Shown: positions 54,430-58,237 of the stretch, piece after piece
How positions within the stretch are numbered: position 1 is the stretch's first letter
Layout of the letters: each line of letters begins with the position of its first letter
NCBI GenBank assembly: GCA_964432475.1
Contig: CAYSNN010000001.1
Coordinates: 1 to 58,237 of the forward strand
Origin: an uncultured Gammaproteobacteria bacterium
GTDB lineage: Bacteria; Patescibacteriota; Microgenomatia; Daviesbacterales; UBA10151
Reading direction: 5' to 3'
DNA: 58,237 bases
Notes under the pieces: generated by a model
Seen by the model: the letters and a program-made list of their open reading frames with translations, nothing else
Databases searched by the model: none
What the model was told of the DNA's origin: nothing
Program-made: the position numbers and the translations under genes

Positions 54430-55670
54430 ATCAACGGGTAAATAAAATTAAACGCAGTACCAACCAATACTGTAATTGAGGCGCCAATTATTCCAAAATT
54501 TGAAATCATTATATATCCTAATCCTCCTGTTAGAATTAAGTTGCCGATCGCAACTCCTATAAATATATCCGGCCTGCCAAAATAAAAAATTACACTACTG
54601 TGAACGGGAACTGAAATAAGAAAAACAAGCATAGCGAGAAGTAAGAAGATAAACGGGATTATTGTCTGTTGGTATTCTTTCCCATAAATAACTGGAATCA
54701 AGTAGGATATTATAGGGATGGATAAAACTCCTAATAAAAAAATGCCGGAAACAAACAGTTGAAATTTCTTAAAATAAATAACCATTTGTCCGTCATTTTG
54801 AAAGCCGGAAAATTTAGGAGCGGCAACCAATCCTAAAGCAGTAACCAATTGGGGTACCACTTGTACCAGTTGGTTGGCTGCGCCATAAATTCCAACTTCC
54901 TTTGCGCTCAGCAAGGCTGCATTTAAAAATGTATCTAACCTGGATGAAAAAGCAGAAATTATTGTAAAAATTGCCACCGGGATATTATATTTAAACAATT
55001 CTCTGGAAAGCATAAGCTCATTTTTGCTTTCCAATATTTTTCTGGTTGGTAAAAAGTAAAGGCTCATAAAAAATCCAAAAAAAGGTAAAATTATATATAC
55101 AAGTAAACTACTTTGGATATTGACTCCTAAAGAGTAAATCAACAAAACGAGTAAAGCTAATCTTGATAGATTTGTCGTAATATTTATTCCGCTCCAGAGA
55201 AAATATTTTTGGAAAGCCTGGAGGGAAGATGTTGCAAAAGAAAATAAAAGTGCTCCGCCCACCCCAAACGCTACCAGGCGCAATGGTAAAATTAGCTGCT
55301 CTTTATGAAAAATCTCCTGAGCCAAAACCGGAGCGGAAAAGGAAATTATCAAGAAAACAACCAACCAAACTGCTATCTTTATCTCCAGGGTTAATTTCAA
55401 AAATCTCATTGCTTTGTCCTGATCATAAGTTAAATTGGATGACACAAAACGAATAAGTCCGGTGTTAGTACCAATATCTGCCATATCAGCAACTAGAGTA
55501 AGAGTAACTATAGAAATAGTTAATAAACCAAATTCCTCCGGCCCCATAATCCTTGCGACCAAGATATAGAATAAAGCACCAAGCAGACCATTTAACATGG
55601 TTCCCGCGACCGTTATGCCGGATTGCCTGAATGTTGCGGTGTTAACAATAATCTCCAAAAATTTCTTCAT
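54402..55670 (-). CDS. Wzx-like polysaccharide flippase (MOP superfamily)
   Basis: 422 aa with about 12 TM helices. The N-terminus reads GITVAGTMLNGLLGALFYILVARIMGPEEFG. Confidence 0.75.
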   Translation of the reverse strand: MKKFLEIIVNTATFRQSGITVAGTMLNGLLGALFYILVARIMGPEEFGLLTISIVTLTLVADMADIGTNTGLIRFVSSNLTYDQDKAMRFLKLTLEIKIAVWLVVFLIISFSAPVLAQEIFHKEQLILPLRLVAFGVGGALLFSFATSSLQAFQKYFLWSGINITTNLSRLALLVLLIYSLGVNIQSSLLVYIILPFFGFFMSLYFLPTRKILESKNELMLSRELFKYNIPVAIFTIISAFSSRLDTFLNAALLSAKEVGIYGAANQLVQVVPQLVTALGLVAAPKFSGFQNDGQMVIYFKKFQLFVSGIFLLGVLSIPIISYLIPVIYGKEYQQTIIPFIFLLLAMLVFLISVPVHSSVIFYFGRPDIFIGVAIGNLILTGGLGYIMISNFGIIGASITVLVGTAFNFIYPLIWLLIKLRR

Positions 55671-55679
55671 CAGCTTCCA

Positions 55680-58181
55680 TTATACTAAAAGTAGGAATAG
55701 AGAGGCTAATAAGGTTAAGATTGAGATTACCAGTCCGGGCAGGATATATCTTTGTGGCTCAAAGCTCAATTCGTATTGACCACTCTTTTCTATACTATAT
55801 CCATTCAACAGACTGTAAACCGGAAAGGGAGACCTGCCGTCTAATTTCCACTTGTTGTCAAAGCTCTGCGAGAAAATAAGCATGCTAGGTTGTTTTAAAT
55901 TTTGAATTGAAACTATATATTTAGTAGGATTAATTTGTTTATAGCCGACTGAAGCACTTGCCTCATGAGCTCCTTTACCAAAGCTGACTACTCTGTCTTG
56001 ATAAACTTTTGCTTTGTTTTTATTTCCCTGCCATAGGGAAAGCGGCAATACAGCTAGGGCATTTACCACATTAATCTCACCTTGAGTTTTGATAGTTAGC
56101 TCACTATCATCAATTAAACTTCCTACTTCAAACCATCTGACATTATCACCGGGACTTTTTGTATTAATTTGACCTATTAACCTTTCTCCTTCATAAAAAC
56201 TTACCTGTCCGCTCCTGGTACTTTCTAAAACTCTTGCCAGCAGAATTTTTCCTTTTGTAAATTGTAAATTGTAAATTGTAAATTGTCTCTCCCCCTCTCC
56301 GACCGCCCATCCTCCACCCAGGTCAAAATCCTGGTTATTAATACCATATTTTGTTTTAAGAAAATCCCTCCAGTTAATTAAATCTGCTGCTTCTTGCTTC
56401 CACCAACCAGATGCGTCCGGATCGTGTTTTAATCTGTTAGCCGGAAAGATTAAATCGTTCTTTTTTAAAAAGCTGGCAGCTAAATCCAGAGACGTTTTAT
56501 GGTTTAAAATTATTTTTGCCTGAGGTACTTCATCAAATCTTTGACCTAACTCAGAGAATTCCTCTGTAAATATGAGCGCATTCTTAGAGAGTTTTAGGTT
56601 TGCGCTTTTTGTGGCTTCATTATAGACACTATCTGACCCTATCACCCACCAAGCATTTGGTGTGATGAAAAATCTATCCTGGTGTTCTGATACTTTGAGA
56701 AGTGGAATTGTAGAATTATCTACTCTTGTTAACCAGGATCTGTTTGAGAGTTGGTCTAAGAAAGTGTAGTAATATTTAATATTATCCGGATGCATATTGT
56801 CTCGTCTTTGATCAAGATAGGGATAAGCAATATAGCCAATTCCTGCAACATCAAAAATTTCCCCCATGTAAGGTGCTTCTCTCAGGAAATTATATGTTTC
56901 ATAGGTACCCTTTACCCCTGCGTTGAAGGGTCTTCGCTGTACCAGGCGTGCAGCTTCCACCCTGGGATGAATTTTGCTGGAATAACCTAATGAAGGAAAT
57001 GAGGGTATCCAGAATATCCGGCTAAAATTCTTATCTCTTTCTATAAATTGACTTAAGTTTGCAAACTCATGTTGAAATACGGGCTGAGTAAATGTACCGG
57101 TCATCTGCCCAAGCCAAACCTGCCGCAGGAGCAATATAAAATAGCTACACAAAAAAATAATAAAAATTTTTTTAAGCTTAGGTCTTGTTATCCTTTTAAG
57201 AATTTCTTCCGTAGTTATTCCCAATAAGACACTGTACGAAAGCGCTACAAGAAAGAAGAATTTAGTTGAATCACGAAATAACGAAAAACCTGGTATATGC
57301 GAAAAAAGCCAGGGATAAGCTGCCGATAAAGGCTCCGATGATCCTTTAGTTAAGAATATGGAAAATATAGAGATTAATAACCAGAATCCGACAACGGGGT
57401 TATTAGGGCGCAAAATAGGCGCTAAAAATACAAGCATCGGAATAAAAATAAATTCAGGACGAAGAGTTGTGATATTACCAAAGATATTTTTAAACCAATG
57501 AGGCGTAAGCAACAATATACTATGACCTAGATTTATAAAGCTTAAAAAAGAAGTCTGGGTAAAAAAAGCATAAGTACCGGAGGAGATGGGGTTATTAAAT
57601 AACGGTAATAACCAATAAGCATTTAACCCTGCCACTATTATACCAATAATTACTCCACTGTTTATCCAGCCAAAAAACAAAGAGATTCTTTTTTTAGGAT
57701 CCAATAACAATTGATAAAAAAACATTGCCAGGCTAAGCAACAATAAAACATAAATAAATCTAAAATCAAAAAAACCTAAAATTGAAACTGCTAAACCCGC
57801 CCGGACTTTTTTATTAAAACCTCCAATAATTGATTTTTCTAATGCCAGGAAGGCTAGAGGAAACCAGGCATAGGCAAGTGCTATAGATAATTGTCCACCA
57901 TCAATAACTAAAATAATATAAGTAGTTGTTAAATAGAACAAAGAGGCAATAAATCTGGCAGCATCAGTTAATTTAATGCTTCCGCAAAATTTCCAAATTC
58001 CAATACACCCTATAAGCAAAAAGGGTATTAAAAAAAGTACTCTTTCTATAATATCAAAACCTAAACCAACATTTGCCAGAATACCCGATATTAATGAGGT
58101 CGGCCAAGACCAAAGGAAAAATGTCGAATACTCCCCTAACCCTTCTGCACCATTCTCTGACCAGACGAAAGGTAAAATCAT
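55680..58181 (-). CDS. large polytopic membrane protein with an extracytoplasmic domain of about 380 aa and a C-terminal TM anchor (GT-C-like candidate); may be 5'-partial
   Basis: 833 aa from the first Met. The frame stays open upstream to the window edge (…PKVANDFPIVPDSLLKSS-MILPFVW). About 12 N-terminal TM helices, a soluble region, then the terminal TM LPGLVISILTLLASLFLLLV. Confidence 0.6.
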   Translation of the reverse strand: MILPFVWSENGAEGLGEYSTFFLWSWPTSLISGILANVGLGFDIIERVLFLIPFLLIGCIGIWKFCGSIKLTDAARFIASLFYLTTTYIILVIDGGQLSIALAYAWFPLAFLALEKSIIGGFNKKVRAGLAVSILGFFDFRFIYVLLLLSLAMFFYQLLLDPKKRISLFFGWINSGVIIGIIVAGLNAYWLLPLFNNPISSGTYAFFTQTSFLSFINLGHSILLLTPHWFKNIFGNITTLRPEFIFIPMLVFLAPILRPNNPVVGFWLLISIFSIFLTKGSSEPLSAAYPWLFSHIPGFSLFRDSTKFFFLVALSYSVLLGITTEEILKRITRPKLKKIFIIFLCSYFILLLRQVWLGQMTGTFTQPVFQHEFANLSQFIERDKNFSRIFWIPSFPSLGYSSKIHPRVEAARLVQRRPFNAGVKGTYETYNFLREAPYMGEIFDVAGIGYIAYPYLDQRRDNMHPDNIKYYYTFLDQLSNRSWLTRVDNSTIPLLKVSEHQDRFFITPNAWWVIGSDSVYNEATKSANLKLSKNALIFTEEFSELGQRFDEVPQAKIILNHKTSLDLAASFLKKNDLIFPANRLKHDPDASGWWKQEAADLINWRDFLKTKYGINNQDFDLGGGWAVGEGERQFTIYNLQFTKGKILLARVLESTRSGQVSFYEGERLIGQINTKSPGDNVRWFEVGSLIDDSELTIKTQGEINVVNALAVLPLSLWQGNKNKAKVYQDRVVSFGKGAHEASASVGYKQINPTKYIVSIQNLKQPSMLIFSQSFDNKWKLDGRSPFPVYSLLNGYSIEKSGQYELSFEPQRYILPGLVISILTLLASLFLLLV
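56255..56286. repeat. heptanucleotide tandem repeat (TTGTAAA x 4.6) inside the 833-aa membrane-protein gene
   Basis: Plus strand: ttgtaaa ttgtaaa ttgtaaa ttgtaaa ttgt. The coding strand reads ACAATTT x4 and encodes QFTIYNLQFT. Confidence 0.95.
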
Positions 58182-58237
58182 AGACGATTTAAGTAAAGAG
58201 TCCGGGACTATTGGGAAATCATTGGCTACTTTTGGAC

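Noticed and set aside
1-58237. CRISPR arrays, rRNA genes, a recoded genetic code (UGA sense), introns, and defence or toxin-antitoxin modules.
   Set aside because: No regularly spaced direct repeats or rRNA-like segments were seen. All conserved genes translate full length with the standard code, and TGA is used as a stop in the ATGA overlaps. No nuclease, RT or toxin-like ORFs were recognised.

Overview
This is a 58.2-kb, AT-rich, very gene-dense window. Start/stop overlaps of the ATGA or TGATG type are common, and about 50 kb (8093-58237) is read from the minus strand. All calls rest on motif recognition by eye; no homology search was run.

Gene content, small protein sizes and compactness suggest a Patescibacteria/CPR-like genome using the standard code. 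This taxonomic call is inference.

Layout, left to right:
1. Left edge: a partial Bro-N-like gene, small membrane ORFs and tRNA-Gly(CCC).
2. 2054-7269: a small glycan module with a PIG-V-like GT-C, a Wzy_C-like protein, a GT4, a methyltransferase and a Wzx.
3. 7363-13498: tRNA-Val(CAC), lepB, parB, rplU-rpmA, rodA and ileS.
4. 13545-14316: an IS200/COG1943-type HUH-Y1 (RAYT-like) transposase gene bracketed by a GC-rich 39-nt hairpin repeat. The repeat recurs at 7304 and 25593.
5. 14732-28922: a rearranged dcw cluster in the order mraZ-rsmH-ftsL-ftsI-murE-murB'-murA-murF-mraY-ftsW-murG-ftsQ-ftsA-ftsZ. murC, murD and ddl are absent, MurB is truncated, and MurA carries Asp115.
6. 28999-31885: a hypothetical membrane-anchored protein, then glyQS and recO.
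7. 31898-58237: about 26 kb of 23 back-to-back ORFs for envelope glycan or glycoprotein assembly. It holds a phosphoglycosyl transferase, a DUF4012-like protein, six GT4, three GT2 (one Dpm1/GtrB-like), four clear ArnT/PMT-type GT-C proteins plus two or three more polytopic candidates, a Wzy_C-like protein, a Wzx, a methyltransferase and an acetyltransferase.

The most interesting items are the GT-C-rich glycan supercluster, the REP/RAYT-like repeat system, a heptanucleotide tract inside a surface-glycan gene, and the truncated MurB.
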